Part shown: positions 11,546 to 23,891 of the stretch, in pieces
How the letters are laid out: every line of letters starts with the position of its first letter
Numbering within the stretch: position 1 is the stretch's first letter
Source: the human T2T-CHM13v2.0 reference genome, Homo sapiens
Assembly: GCF_009914755.1 (NCBI RefSeq)
Contig: NC_060934.1
Direction: 5' to 3' (one strand)
DNA length: 64,000 nucleotides
Position numbers and translations under genes: made by a program
The notes under the pieces: generated by a model
Databases searched by the model: none
Seen by the model: the letters and a program-made list of their open reading frames with translations, nothing else
What the model was told of the DNA's origin: nothing

Positions 11546-13499
11546 TGGTTTAGCCCACGTGCCTATTTGTTGATGGGTGGGGCTGGGGAGGGAAAGGAAT
11601 GACCACGGCTTCATCATTCACCAGCACTGAAGGCGAGGGGGTGACCTGGGTGCCCGTCCAGGATGCAGGCCCAGGGCTCCTCCCTCAAGGAAGCTGCAGA
11701 ACAGAGATGACCCTGCATGGTTGCTGGGAGAAGGCAGGTCTTGAGTGAGTCTGGCCCTGAGAGGCAGGGTCTTGGTGGAGTGGCCAGTTGGCTTTGCTAG
11801 GCCTGGGCTCCCTAGGTTGACCTGCCCTTGCACAGCGTCTGCCCTTTAACTAGGAGCCTTAGCCTGAAGGAGCCCGTGGCTGATGGGAGAGTTTCCGGCA
11901 TCCTCAGGTGGGCAGGTGAGTGAGAGGTGAAGTCCTGGGTGAGGCCCTACTGAGAGATCCCAAATCGATCTGAGGATCCAGCAGCCCATTCCGCAGGGGG
12001 CTCCCTTTGCTCTGCTTCCAGAAAATTAGGGACAGTGTGGGAGTCAAAGGATGGCTGTTGCAGTTTGGGGTGTTGGGCAAGTCTCATGTGAAATGACTGC
12101 TTAAAACAGGGGCATGTTTTGAGTCCCAGGCCCTTGCTTTCTACGGGGTGTTTGTGGGGGTGGGGGCTTCTGTCTATCATCTGTGAGGACCACACACTGC
12201 CTCCATTCCAATTGGCAGTGGGTGGGGCCCTCACCCAGCAAGAACCAGAAGGAGGAGGAGAGACAGCTTCTGTTGAGGTCTGGGCACTCATTTGGGGGGT
12301 TATATCTCCCTGGGAGCCAGGAACAGTTGATCCCGCAGAGCTTGGTCCCTCATGGCCTCTCTGTACCCTCAAAGTTGCCCATGCCCCCAGCTTTTCCACC
12401 TGCTTCCTGGGCTCCCGGCACCTCCTGCTGGACCTGTGGGCAGGAGCAGGTTGGGATCAGACTCAGAGGCCTTGGCTCACTTAGGTGTTGTGCTGAGGGG
12501 CTGGGGTCCTTGTTTGCCAACCCCCACACTCCCGCTCCACCAAACCAGTTTATGAAACTGCAGAACCACAGTAAACTCCTTCCCCTGGCAAGCCAAGGTG
12601 GTTGGGCGGGGTTGGGGTGACAATATGTTTCCAGGGGCCCCAGGGTTCTCTCCTCACAATTACCCTGCTAGAGACAGCCTCTGATGATCCAGTCTGGCCA
12701 TGTCACCAGGCTGAGAGGGACGGCCCACCCAACAGAAGCCACAACAGGTCCCCAAAGAATTTCTGCAGGCTGGGACTCCTGAGTGAAATGAAGAAGTGGG
12801 ATTCAACAGAGAGAAATGTGAAGTCTGCCAGCTAGGTATGAAGGGCCCATGGCTCAGCTTGAGGGAAGTTTGTGCAAAATCTGCTTGGGAACGTTTGTTA
12901 ACTTCACACGAACTAACAGTGTGAGCAGCTGCCAAAGCCCTGTGCAGGTTTGCATTGCATTAACTGTTGACATCGGTCTGGCTGTGCACAGACCTCAGTC
13001 CGAGTGAGGGACCCTACCCTTGGATAAATGTTGGTGAACTGCCCTGTGTCTTTTGGAGAGGAGTGGGTGGTGCCTGGGCTGCAGAGCCAGGCCAGGGCAG
13101 GACTTGGGAGGAACATGATGGAATTCTCAAGGTCTGAATGTCTGTCTGGGGGAAGGAGAATTCCACTTGCTCCAGGTGATTCCTGAAGGCAGAGCTAGCT
13201 CCAGAGGGTGGGGAGGGCCAAGAGGTGATTTTCAGCTCAAATGAGGAGAAGTTTCTAGGTTGCCACTCTCCCCCAGTGGCTGCTGGAGGCACAGGGGCAG
13301 GAGTGAGTGTCTCAGCACTAGCAGCAGTGTGAGCAAGGGATGGTGCTTTGTCACATGTCTTGCACATCCAAGGTAACCAAAGGACATTTAGTCCAAAGGA
13401 TTCCAAAGAAAGGGATGACTGAGCCCTGCACCTGGGGGCTGACAGTATTGTCTGTGAGACTTGACTCAGACAAAACACAGAGAGGAAACGGCAATCAGT

Positions 13500-13692
13500 G
13501 GCAGATTGGTTCCACCTTTCTGGAAGAAGCTGGTCTCAGTTAAAGCTGCCCTGCAGTGAGCAGCAGCCTGTCCTTGCAGGAGTGCAACTGAGACCAGATA
13601 ACCTTGGGCTGGAAAAGGGATTCCAGTTTCAGGCATGAGGAGGGGGTTGGATGTGAACAGACAACCTCTGCGGTTCCTTTGAGTCCAGAGTT
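13500..13692 (+). mobile_element. L3/CR1 3' fragment
   Basis: gctgccctgcagtgagcagc..ctgtccttgcaggagtgcaa ... gggattcc ... gggttggat ... acctctgcggttccttt. Confidence 0.4.
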
Positions 13693-16315
13693 CCTCGGCA
13701 GAGAAAAACACCCGCAGAACTCTGAGCGGCACACAAGGTTACAGAGGACGGAGCAGAGATCCGAATATAGCTGGCGGGAGGAAGGCGGCAGCGGGCGAGG
13801 GGAAAGTAGGTCCTTGGAACAAATGAGGTGGGGCATGAAATTAACGAGGCTGGAAAAGGGCTGAGCTCAGGGACTCCTTTTTAAAGACTGTCTTTTAGTA
13901 AGAAAAATGAGGAAAAGAAATTTGGGCAATGGAGATATAATGGAGATTGTAAATGTAGCTATTGACAGCTGGCCCATTGGCCGGAGAGAGGGGCCGCTTG
14001 GAGAACAAGGAAGAGATGTAGATCAGTGGGTCTGGGGTGACCCCAGCATGGCATGCAGGGTGGACAGGAGTTGGCTGCTGACATCAGCTGCCCACACCTT
14101 GAAGGCTGCTGTGCTCCAGCCCTTGAGCTGGGCCATTCTGTCCCCCTACTGTCACGCACTGTGCTGTGACCTGTTTATCTTATCCCCTGACCTTGGCACG
14201 TACTCATCCCTCACTGGGCGTGCCACTTTTCTCCTTTTTGCCTTTCTGGGTTTCACCCCAATCACTCAGCTGAGTCCCTGCCTCTCCAAGAAACCTTCTC
14301 TTATGGGCTCATAGCCCACACCCAGTTCTGTTCTGAGCATCTGGGGGCCATTCCACCCACTTGGCGCTTGGATGGACACATTCTTAGGAGCTCAAGCAGC
14401 CTGTCTGTGCAATGGGGGAGGGCCTGTCCACCAGGCTCGGTCAGCAGAGTGGTTGGAGGACATAGGATGGACAGTTATTTGCCCCCATGGTGCTGGCCCT
14501 CTGGAAATTTAGAGTCCCTAGAAGCCCCGCCATGTCCTGCTTCTTACCTGCGATGTAGGGGTGGAGATGGAGGGGCTTGAAAGGGCCCCTGGTGGCTTTC
14601 CCTTCCCTGGCCACTAATCCAGGCTGCCTGCTCCCTCCTCCCAGCCCTGCCAGCTGGCCAAGCTTATCCTGTGGCCCTGTCCAGGTGACAAGGCCCTGGA
14701 AGAGGGCCAGCCAGCTGGACTTCTCAGGAGCTGTCACCAGAGCCCCAGAATATGGGGAGTGGAAGGAAGCACAGAGGCAGCAGGGCCCTTCTCTGGGGAA
14801 GACAACCAGGGACACTGGGAGCCTGAAACCAGAGCCATTTCACACCTTGCCTATTAATTGCCAGATTGATTTTGGATCCCAGTCTCCAGGAGGACCCAAA
14901 AATCAATCCCCTCCACTCCATGCTTCTCTGGGCTCAGGAGTTGTTCTTAAAGCTGCAGCTGTCCTGGCTGCTGTGGCTGAACCTTCCTGTCCAAGAGCAG
15001 GCTGTGGGTTTCCAAGCATGCTCAGGGCTAGGCGGCGGCTGTTGGCTTTATTCCAGATCCACTGATCTCTGTGTAGGAAGACTCTTACCCTGAAGGGGAG
15101 CCATGGGGTATGATTGGAGAGGTGTTAAGAAGGCTCTCATTCTCAAAGCTCCCTCCTACCAAGATGCCCGATACCCGTAATTCCACCATTAGGAAGTCAT
15201 TTCTTTGGATACATTTAGGTCAACAGTCCCAGCTTCCAAAATATGGAGGCCCAGGAGAAGGAACACAGATTAAGGCTGTACCATTGCAGTTCCTTGTGAA
15301 TGGAGGCACTGGAGGCCTCAGGGCATCAGGAGAGCTCTGTGTGAGGGGTGGGGAGGAGGAGGCAGATGTCAGGGCGTGGGGGAGGGAAAGTAGAAGTTGA
15401 AGACCACCCAAGAGGAGGCTGTGGAGGGGTGGTGAGCAAAGGAACAGTAGGTACCCCCAAGGCACTTCCCACCTGGGGGGCTGCTTTGGGGCTGTGGTGC
15501 TGGGAGACTGGCTCTGTGGCAGGTGAGATAAGATGAAGGAACTCCCGTTGGCTGGGTACCCTCTGTGCCTCCAGCCTTTAGCCAAGCACAGTGGCAGTCT
15601 GATGTCACCACCACCCTGTGGGAAGGGCTCCCACAGCCTTGTTTCTTAGATGAGACACTGAGGTGGTGCATGAGGCTGGGTGACCTGCCCAAAAGGTCAC
15701 ACAGCTGCTCCTGCAGCATGGGGGCTGGAGCTTGGGTCCGCCACCTCTTCATTGCCATGATTTCACTGCCTCCCGCCTCCTCCGCAGAAGGGGCCAGGAG
15801 TTGAGGAGGCTTCTAAGAAGTTGGGAGAGCCGGAGCATAATGGAAGGGGTACCTGAGGTCAAGGACGCCATGATTTCAAGAAGCTGAGGCAGGAAGTTCT
15901 ATGACCCGCTGATGTTAGAAGCTGGGGACAGCCCCTGGGCTTCTGTCCTCAGCCTCCCTGACATCCTGCCCTGTGCAGAGCCCGCACATGTGTGAAGGCC
16001 TGGTGGGCAGGTCTCCTGCAGCCTCAGCCCAGTGGCTGCTGCCTGCTACTCCATCATGGCTGTGGAGATGTGGGCTTTAGGCAGGGTCACTGCAAGTCAC
16101 CCTGTGTGCTTAGGGACATGGGGACATCATTGCTCATCCCCTTCCCACATGGACCCAATTACTGATGCAGCACTGCGTGTTCCCACGGCCACCAACACGG
16201 GCCTCATTCCTGGTAGCATCACAGATGGACAAAGAGGTCCTGGGCCTCCCTCCACCCCCCCAAGCCCATTATGCTAATTTCAGGTGTGTCTCCACTTTGC
16301 CAGCCTGGAGGGTGG

Positions 16316-16318
<3 letters not shown>

Positions 16319-16369
<51 letters not shown>

Positions 16370-16370
16370 T
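16319..16370. repeat. (GT)22 microsatellite with interrupted tail
   Basis: Pure GT 16319-16362, then atgtgtgt. Confidence 0.98.
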
Positions 16371-16439
16371 TGGGGAGGGAATGAGGCAGCAACTGCAAGA
16401 AGTTTGGTGCAGTTACAGGGAACAAGTCTCATCTTTGCC

Positions 16440-16565
16440 CAGCCTGTGAGCCCCTTGAGAGCAGGGGCCATGTCTGTTTTCCAATAACTGACCCCGAGGG
16501 CCTGGCATGGATGTGGGTACTCAGTGCATGTTTGTTTAGTGACTGAATGGCTGAGTGAGTGAATT
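16440..16565 (+). mobile_element. L2 3' end
   Basis: ctgtgagccccttgagagcaggggccatgtctgttt ... cctggca ... ggtactcagtgcatgtttgtt...tgaatg. Confidence 0.7.
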
Positions 16566-17404
16566 AGGAATCTCTTGGTGGCCATCTGAGTCCTCGCCCA
16601 GCCACAGCTATGCTGTGTGGCTTTTGGTGAGTTGCTAGATGTCTCTGTGTGCAGATACCTGAAAATAGTGCCAACTGGGAAGAATGGCTAATGACAGGCA
16701 TGTGCTGAGGGGATAGTGTGGGCAGGAGGGCTCTGCAGTTTGTGGAAGGTGCCCGCAGTGTAAACTGCTGGGGACACTGGGGTCTCTCTCTTTTTCCCAA
16801 GGCAAGGCTGACACGGTTTGGAGCACAGTGTAGTTTTGAGTGGGAGGAGGGGGCTGTCCTAGGCTTGGTTGGGGTGGGGGCATGTGGACTGGCATTGGAA
16901 CTGAAGGGTGACAGGGAGGGCTGGGTCGGGGCTTGGCCAGGGGTTGAGGTCAGTGGATGGCTCAGGCAATGGCTGGGGGCTCACGCGGATCCTGAATGAA
17001 GAAGTTGGTCAGAGCTGGGTACAGCTGGGGTTGGCTTCAGGACCTCAACTCAGGGCTGGACCAGAGGTCTCACCAGGTCAGGGCCAGTGTCAGCCTGGGG
17101 CCAGTGCAGATTCTGTCCAATAGGAGCACTGGGAATGGCTCACTGTCCTGGCCTCATTTGCTCTGAGCACATAAGCTGAGTGGGTGGATAACCAAAGCTT
17201 TCTGAGGGTGATGGCCTTGAAGAAGTCCTCCTGTCCCCAAGTTGTCCTCGGGGAAGCTCAGGGCTGCCCAGGGACCCAGGGGCCATTTCACCCTGTCTGT
17301 GTGTTGTCAGGGGAAGGACAGAATTGCCCAGCTAGCACTGACTAGCAGCTGGAGGGTGGTGTCATCAGCATTTCTCACACATGCACGACACTCTATAGTT
17401 TATA

Positions 17405-17560
17405 ACCCCTTTCCTACCCTGCATCTTCTTATCCTCTCCACAGCCCTGAGAAGCAGGCATGACAAGAGAGGATGCCCGTGTTACAGATGAGAAAAACAGA
17501 GGCCCTGGGAGGAAGCTTGCCTAATGCCACTCAGGAGGTAGAGGCAAAGCTGGGAAAGGC
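17405..17560 (-). mobile_element. MIR fragment
   Basis: atcctctccacagccctgagaagcaggc ... ttacagatgagaaaaacagaggc ... cttgcctaatgccac. Confidence 0.65.
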
Positions 17561-17744
17561 CCTGGGTCCCCAGACTGCCCCTCTGGAACTCCACATGCAG
17601 CCACCTGGCTGTCCTGCCCGGGATGCCATCCGCAGGCTAGGCTGGCGCTCATGCCCATGCCCTGCTGTCCACTGACACCCCGCAGAGCTTAACACCCCGC
17701 TGAGCCTGCCCTGCAGCCCTTGCCAAGTCTGTCCGAGTGGCCTC

Positions 17745-17925
17745 AGTCATTGGCAAGTCACATTGCTGACATCGCAACTGCATAAAATTAATTTATTTAG
17801 TTAAGGGAGGTGTTAATTAAGAGTTCTCGTTTATTGTCTTTGCAGACAGCTCTCGGGGGCTTCTGAGTTGTCATTGCTGGTGACAGCAAAAGCTAATGGT
17901 ATCACAAGTTATTAATAGGACGGTG
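17745..17925. promoter_or_regulatory. candidate conserved non-coding element/enhancer
   Basis: AT-rich island in GC-rich flanks: CATAAAATTAATTTATTTA, TTAATTAA, TTTATTG, TGACAG/TGTCA, TATTAATA. Confidence 0.5.
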
Positions 17926-18929
17926 TGAGAGGCGGAGGGGCAGGAGCTGGGGCTGTGGGGGATGGGAGAATGGAGAGCTGCGGGAGGGGAGAGGATGGTC
18001 CCCTACTTTCTTCTCACCAAGTTGGGCTCCCCTCTGCAAGCTGATCCGATCACAGGCATTTTCTGGGGGATCTGGGGTTTGCTGCCAGGCCCCGTGATGC
18101 TCAGGATTTTGTGAGTCCTGAAGGAAGTGTCCCCAGGCCAGTGCCCACCCACTCCTGCTGCCCCCATTCCCCCAGTTCCTGGTGTTTGCCTTGAGGAGTG
18201 TTGGCTCTCACATAAAGAGCTCATTCTTTGCTTGCTTTGTCTCTTCACTTACCCTAACCCTGAATATCTTGGGGTGCATCTAGTGACAGTTTTAGCTCTG
18301 CCTCCCTAAAGCTTAGCACAGAGCTTGGAGCTTCATGGGAGGGCAACAGACATTTGCTAAGGGAATAAGGGGTCCTCTGCCCCCCAGCTGGTCTCCAAGT
18401 CTGGCCTTCTTGCTGAGTGATCTTGGGGTCATGGGTGGGGATGGTGGGAGAGAGAGGGCAGGTGGATCCACGACTCCACAAGTCCCCAGCCTCTTTCAGT
18501 GCCCTCAGCCTTGCAGCCCTGGAGATCCACAACCTGGGGAGTGGATAGATCTTTGCTGATGAAGGTGAGGTGTGCGCAGGTATGGGCAGCCAGGTGTGGG
18601 GCAGGCTTGCCAAGGTAGGGTAGTGAATGGGGAGTCATCAGTGAACTCTGCACAAGGACCACCATGGGGAAAAGGGAAGAAGAGATTTTAAACTATTTTT
18701 AGCTAAACAACGATGGCTGCAAATCAGCCACTTGGTGCAGTGGAACAAACACAGCCAAGCAGCTCAGACCTGCAGGCCTGTCCCTGACAGTCTCCGTGAC
18801 CTTGCGAAGGTAACTGCTCTCTGGGCCTGGCTTCCCATCTGTGAAGTGGAGGACTGGGCTGAAATTGACAAATTTCAATGCCCAATGTGTTCCACACCTC
18901 CCATGTCCTGCACAACTCACCTTCCAGTA

Positions 18930-19110
18930 GATGTGCCAGGCCCTTCATGGTTATCATCTCAAATGCCTACAGCTTCCCTGTGAGGGAGAGTCAATTATTA
19001 CCCATTACAGTTGGGGAAACTGAGGTTCAGATGAGAAAACGGAGGCCATTTAATTTGCTCAAGGACCCATAGTCAGTGGAATTTAAACTCAGGTTGGTGC
19101 TCTTTCCAGA
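18930..19110 (-). mobile_element. MIR
   Basis: atgtgccaggc ... attattacccattacagttggggaaactgaggttcaga ... aatttgctcaagg ... atttaaactcagg. Confidence 0.7.
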
Positions 19111-19896
19111 ATATCAGCTTATCTCCACTGATCACCTGGGATGGGGCCAGTACAAGGGAGACCCTGCGTTAGATGTGGGCTCGTTGACCAGGGCAGGCAG
19201 AGCTGAAAGGAAGAGATCAGAGCACCCATTGGATTCAATGGGCCCAACTGCTGAGCTCCTGGGGCATGGGAGGACAGGTTCTGAGACCATGATGGGACCA
19301 AACACACCCTGCACCATGAGTTCCAGCAGCCGCCTGCCCCAACTACCTCCTGCCTGCCTTTCCTCCTCTCATCTCAGAGACACCGTCATTCATTCAGGAC
19401 ACATTTATTAGGGAGCTGGCCTGACAGCTGGGAGATGGATCAGGCTGTCCCCTGCCCTCAAGGGGCTCACCACTGAGTGGGAGAGGTGGCCCCATGAACA
19501 GTAAGCCCCACAATGGGTCACAGGGATGGGGATAGCACATGCACCCCCCCAAGGAACGAGGGAGCAAGGGGCAAGTTCAGGTCACCTAGGGCTCCCTGGC
19601 AGGAATGATTGCCTTTCACTGAGGGAGGGTGGTCAGAAATGAATTCCTAGAGGAAGCAGCCATTGAGCTGAGTCTTGAAAGGTGAGTAATATTCACCAAG
19701 TGGAGGGGATGGGGTTGCGGGGTGGGTCTTCGGGTAGGGCGAGTGGTGTGAGGAGAGTCTTGCAAGTGTGGGAAGAGGGGTATCCAGAAGTGAGGTGGGC
19801 GAGGGCTAGAGCACGCAGGGCATTGCACACCAACTTAGAGTCTGAACTTCATCCGGTGGCCTCCCCGGGGATGCTGCTGAGAGTAGGAAGAGGGAG

Positions 19897-20299
19897 ATTT
19901 AGTTTGGGTTCCACCAGAAGCCGATCCTGAGATGTGTGTTTAAGTGCAAGAAACACCGTAGGGACAGCAGGAAGGCAGGAGGGGCATTACCGAGCCAGCT
20001 TCCATGGTGGATGAGTGAAGCCCAGTCCTGCTGGGGAACCTGAGAGCTGGCATGGCACATGCGCCCACCCAAGGAGTGAGGGAGCAGGGGGGTTTATGTA
20101 GCAAGTCTCACCAGCCATTGCTTGAAGGCTGCTCCCAGGAGGCATCCTTGACATTTCTGGCCTTCTCTTCAGCAAAGAGGACCCAGCAGTCAAAGTCCTC
20201 AGGCAAAGAAATAAAGATGGCAGTTGGCGGTTGGGCCAGTGTGCCCTGAAATGGGAAGGAAGAGGGGATATAGGTGGAGAACCAACAGTGTTTGCTACA
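19897..20299 (-). mobile_element. LTR16-like ERVL solo LTR
   Basis: Begins ttagtttgggttccaccagaagccgatcctgaga (reverse complement of LTR16 3' end); ends accaacagtgtttgctaca (reverse complement TGTAGCAAACACTGTTGG). Confidence 0.65.
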
Positions 20300-20484
20300 G
20301 TGGCTGAGTTGTGAGAACGTCCAAGAAAGGAAGGTAGAGCACTGCTCAGTTTCTGCCAAGTCTAGGTGGATGGACTCTGAGGGCTGCTGCTGGTGGAAGA
20401 ATTGCCTCCATCTGCACCTTCGCCAAGGCCTCAGTCTGGGGGCCAGACCTCAAGACAGGAGGCTGCAAAGAATTTGGTCCTAAG

Positions 20485-20725
20485 CGCCAGCACTTGAGAA
20501 ATACAGATCTGAGTTCAAGTGCTGATTGCCACTTTCAAGCTGCATCCTTGAGCAAGTTACTTATTATCCTTGAACTTGAGTCTTCTCCTCTGAAAAAGGG
20601 GAGATAATACTACCCACGCTGTGGGATTGTTGTGATCAATAAATGAAATGATATCTGTAAAGTATTTAGCCCAGTGCCTTGAATACATTATGTGCCCAAT
20701 GAATGTTTGTTATCATTATGATTTT
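20485..20725 (+). mobile_element. MIR, near full length
   Basis: acagatctgagttcaagt ... ccttgagcaagttactta ... ggattgttgtgatcaataaatgaaatgatatctgtaaagtatttagcccagtgcc. Confidence 0.8.
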
Positions 20726-20845
20726 ATTATTCCAATGATAGGTAAAAAAGGGAGGAGCAAGATGCAGGCTTGTAGAAAACACTGCCAACTTACCAGCCCA
20801 GAGTGATTTTCAGTGGCCCACTTTGTCGTTAGGAGTTAAACAGGC

Positions 20846-21126
20846 GGCCAGGTGTGGTTGCTCACAGCTGTAATCCCAGCATTTTGGGAGGCTGAGGCGG
20901 GCGGATCACCTGAGGTCAGGAGTTCAAGACCATTCTGACAACATAGTAAAACCCTGTCTCTACTGAATACACAAAAATTAGCCAGGTGTGATGGTGCATG
21001 CCTCTGGTCCCAGCTTCTCAGGAGGCTGAGGCAGGAGGATTGCTTGAATCCAGGAGGTGGAGATTGCAGTGAGCTATCATGCCACTGCACTCCAGCCTGG
21101 GCAACAGAGCAAGACTGTCTCAAGAA
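20846..21126 (+). mobile_element. full-length Alu (old AluS/AluJ-like)
   Basis: ggccaggtgtggttgctcacagctgtaatcccagc ... gatcacctgaggtcaggagttcaagacc ... cactgcactccagcctgggcaacagagcaagactgtctc. Confidence 0.97.
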
Positions 21127-21192
21127 AATAATATAATATAATATAATATAATATAATATAATATAATATAATATAATATAATATAATATAAT
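21127..21192. repeat. (AATAT)n pentanucleotide repeat in Alu tail (~13 units)
   Basis: Uninterrupted aatataatat... run. Confidence 0.97.
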
Positions 21193-21487
21193 GAGAAAAA
21201 TGGAGTAGGCAGTTCTTGTCTGATAAGGCCATTCCTGGGTCTTGGAGGTGTTAAACAGGCTCATGCAGCATTTCTGGACTTTGTGAGCATAAATTGAACC
21301 AGCAGCAAGTGACTTTATATGTCTCTGCTCATAGGTACTGGTTGTGACAATCATTTCTTTGTCTATGACACCTGTCTCCCCAAGAACTCAAGATCAGCTT
21401 CAGACATTAACCTAGTGATTATTGCATGATCTCAAGACTGTCCTTGAAATAGTCTCTGAAGATATGGAGCAGAGGAAGGAACATTGA

Positions 21488-21772
<285 letters not shown>

Positions 21773-23289
21773 TGAAATGTGGGGATAAAACCACATCATC
21801 TTGGTCTCTTCCTAGGGCTGTTGTGAGGATCACATAAGGTCATGAAAAAAAAATCATGAATGTGGAACTACTTTGAAAACTATAAATTAGCATCCAGAGT
21901 TGGGACTAGAGCCAGGTGACTTGATTCCTGTGCCCTGGGGGCTTCCAAAGGGCCTAAGAAACCATGGCCACTACAGAAGCCTTACATGTCATCATGCCAC
22001 TCCAAGGATGGCTCAGGCTTAGCCTCTGGCGCAGGCAGCCTGGGAAGAAGAAAGAGTGCCTGGGGAACCTTGGACCTTGGGAGGAAGGCCTGAAGTTCTT
22101 GCTCAGGGACATCAGTGGGGGATGCTCTCAGCTGGCCCCTGGGGATGGAGGAAAGGCAGAGGAGGATGAGACTGGCAGTTATTAAACCAGAAAGTGAGGT
22201 AGTTACTGGCATTCCGACCAGTTTGGGGCAGTTTTTCTCATTTCCCTATGCATGCAGGTACATTTCAGGATGTGACTTAAGGGCCTCCTGTCCACACCCA
22301 GTTGGTGAAGTCCAGGGAAGCTGGTTCTGGCCAGGATGGCAAGACCAGTGGTCTCTCAGAGGTCATGTGGCTTTCTTTTCTTCCTGGCCATAGACTGGCC
22401 TGCTCTCTAGCCCTTCATCTCAGCCAGACTGAATGCAACCCCACCCCATCTCAATGGTCAGCCTTGGTGTCCTGCAATGTGAAGTCATCGTGTGCTGGAG
22501 AGGTCGTGGGTCTGGGGCTGGAGGTCCAAAAAGAGGGGACCTCTGCTTATACAAGCAGCTTTGGACTCAGAATCCCCAAATCCAGGGAACGATTTTCACT
22601 ATCCCCTGGAGAGTGAAGGTCATGGCCTTAGTGGAGCAGAGACAGGAAAAGATGCATAGCCCAGCTTGGGATATCTGGGTGGGATGTGTCCTCCACAAGA
22701 GGACAATAATCTCTCATAATGATAGTGAGTGGAGACCACCAGGATGATGCATTGTCACCCTCTCCTTAACCCCATAAAAGACACCAAAGTGGATACATCT
22801 TCACATCCTACCTGAACCCCACTTAGAGTACAATGGCTTTGTGGGGCTATTTATATTTTGGGGGCATTTCTCTGTGACTTCTTGATTGGAGAGACCTAAG
22901 ATATAGAATGAAGATTCTTGGTGCTATTTAGAACCCCTCTGCTACCTGAAAAAGGCCTGCTCTGATGACCTCAGGGCTCAGACATGATTGGTTCAGGGCC
23001 AGGGAAGGCAGTATTGAGAAGTTTTTGCATAGGTTCAGACTTTAATCTAGATTCAGGGACCCAGTCAAACTGTCTCCCTAAGATCTTATTTTAGTTTTCA
23101 AAGCTAAAACCTCTAAAAAATTGGCTCTGCTTGCTTGCAGTTTAAGTAAAAACCTTCATATTTATGGCTTTTCTAGTTTTCCTTCAGTAGTTCACATCCA
23201 TTTAACCCTCTGAATCTAGAATATGCTTTGTGAACTGAGATTATGAGAGGAAGCCAGTTCGGAAGACAAGGGTCATAGCATCCAGAGGT

Positions 23290-23620
23290 TTGGAGGAGAG
23301 GGACCTGGGAGGGGGGTATACAGGGATGTAGTGGGGAAGGTAAAGGGGGGATATTGGTAAACCAAAGAGTGAGAGTGAATGGTAAGTAATCCAGTGGTCT
23401 AGGAGAGAGGGAGGGGTGACTGTTGAAGGGAGAAAGAGAAAAGATGGAGGAGAGAATAAAATAAAGGGTTCGAAGAGAGATGAAAGTGCAGTAAAATGTG
23501 AGGACAAGACATGATGGAAAAGAGAGAGCAGGAGGCAGAAGAGACGAAGAGGAGGCAGATGAGGCAGGGGAAGTGAGGTGGAAAGAAGGTGGGAGGGGGG
23601 TAGGGGTTGGGGCATGGAGG
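23290..23620. repeat. purine (GA)-rich low-complexity tract
   Basis: Strong G/A strand bias, ending in G-runs at 23591-23612. Confidence 0.7.
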
Positions 23621-23891
23621 TCCCAAGATCTGGACTCTTTTTTGTCACCATGCATCTGTACAGCAGATAAATACAATGCAGCTGGGCTTTTCTCTCTTCT
23701 TAATTGGCATCTTTGGATCTATCCCCGCTTGACAAATCAGGCCACTTATTATTAGTGATGACAAGGATAAATATGACAGGCATTCATTTTGCATCTGGGC
23801 CCCCTGATAATAGAAGTCAGCACACCAGCCCCTCTCCCCACTGCTTTCTCACTCCCGGCTTGGGCTCCCCAGTGGGGAAACTGAGTGTCCA

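Noticed and set aside
14580-14600. CTCF-like motifs (here and near 36503 and 50870)
   Set aside because: Each mismatches the core GGC positions; not distinguishable from chance
20836-21354. 172-aa ORF with YYIIL repeats; also ORFs 31789-32106 and 63583-63915
   Set aside because: Antisense Alu and microsatellite translations
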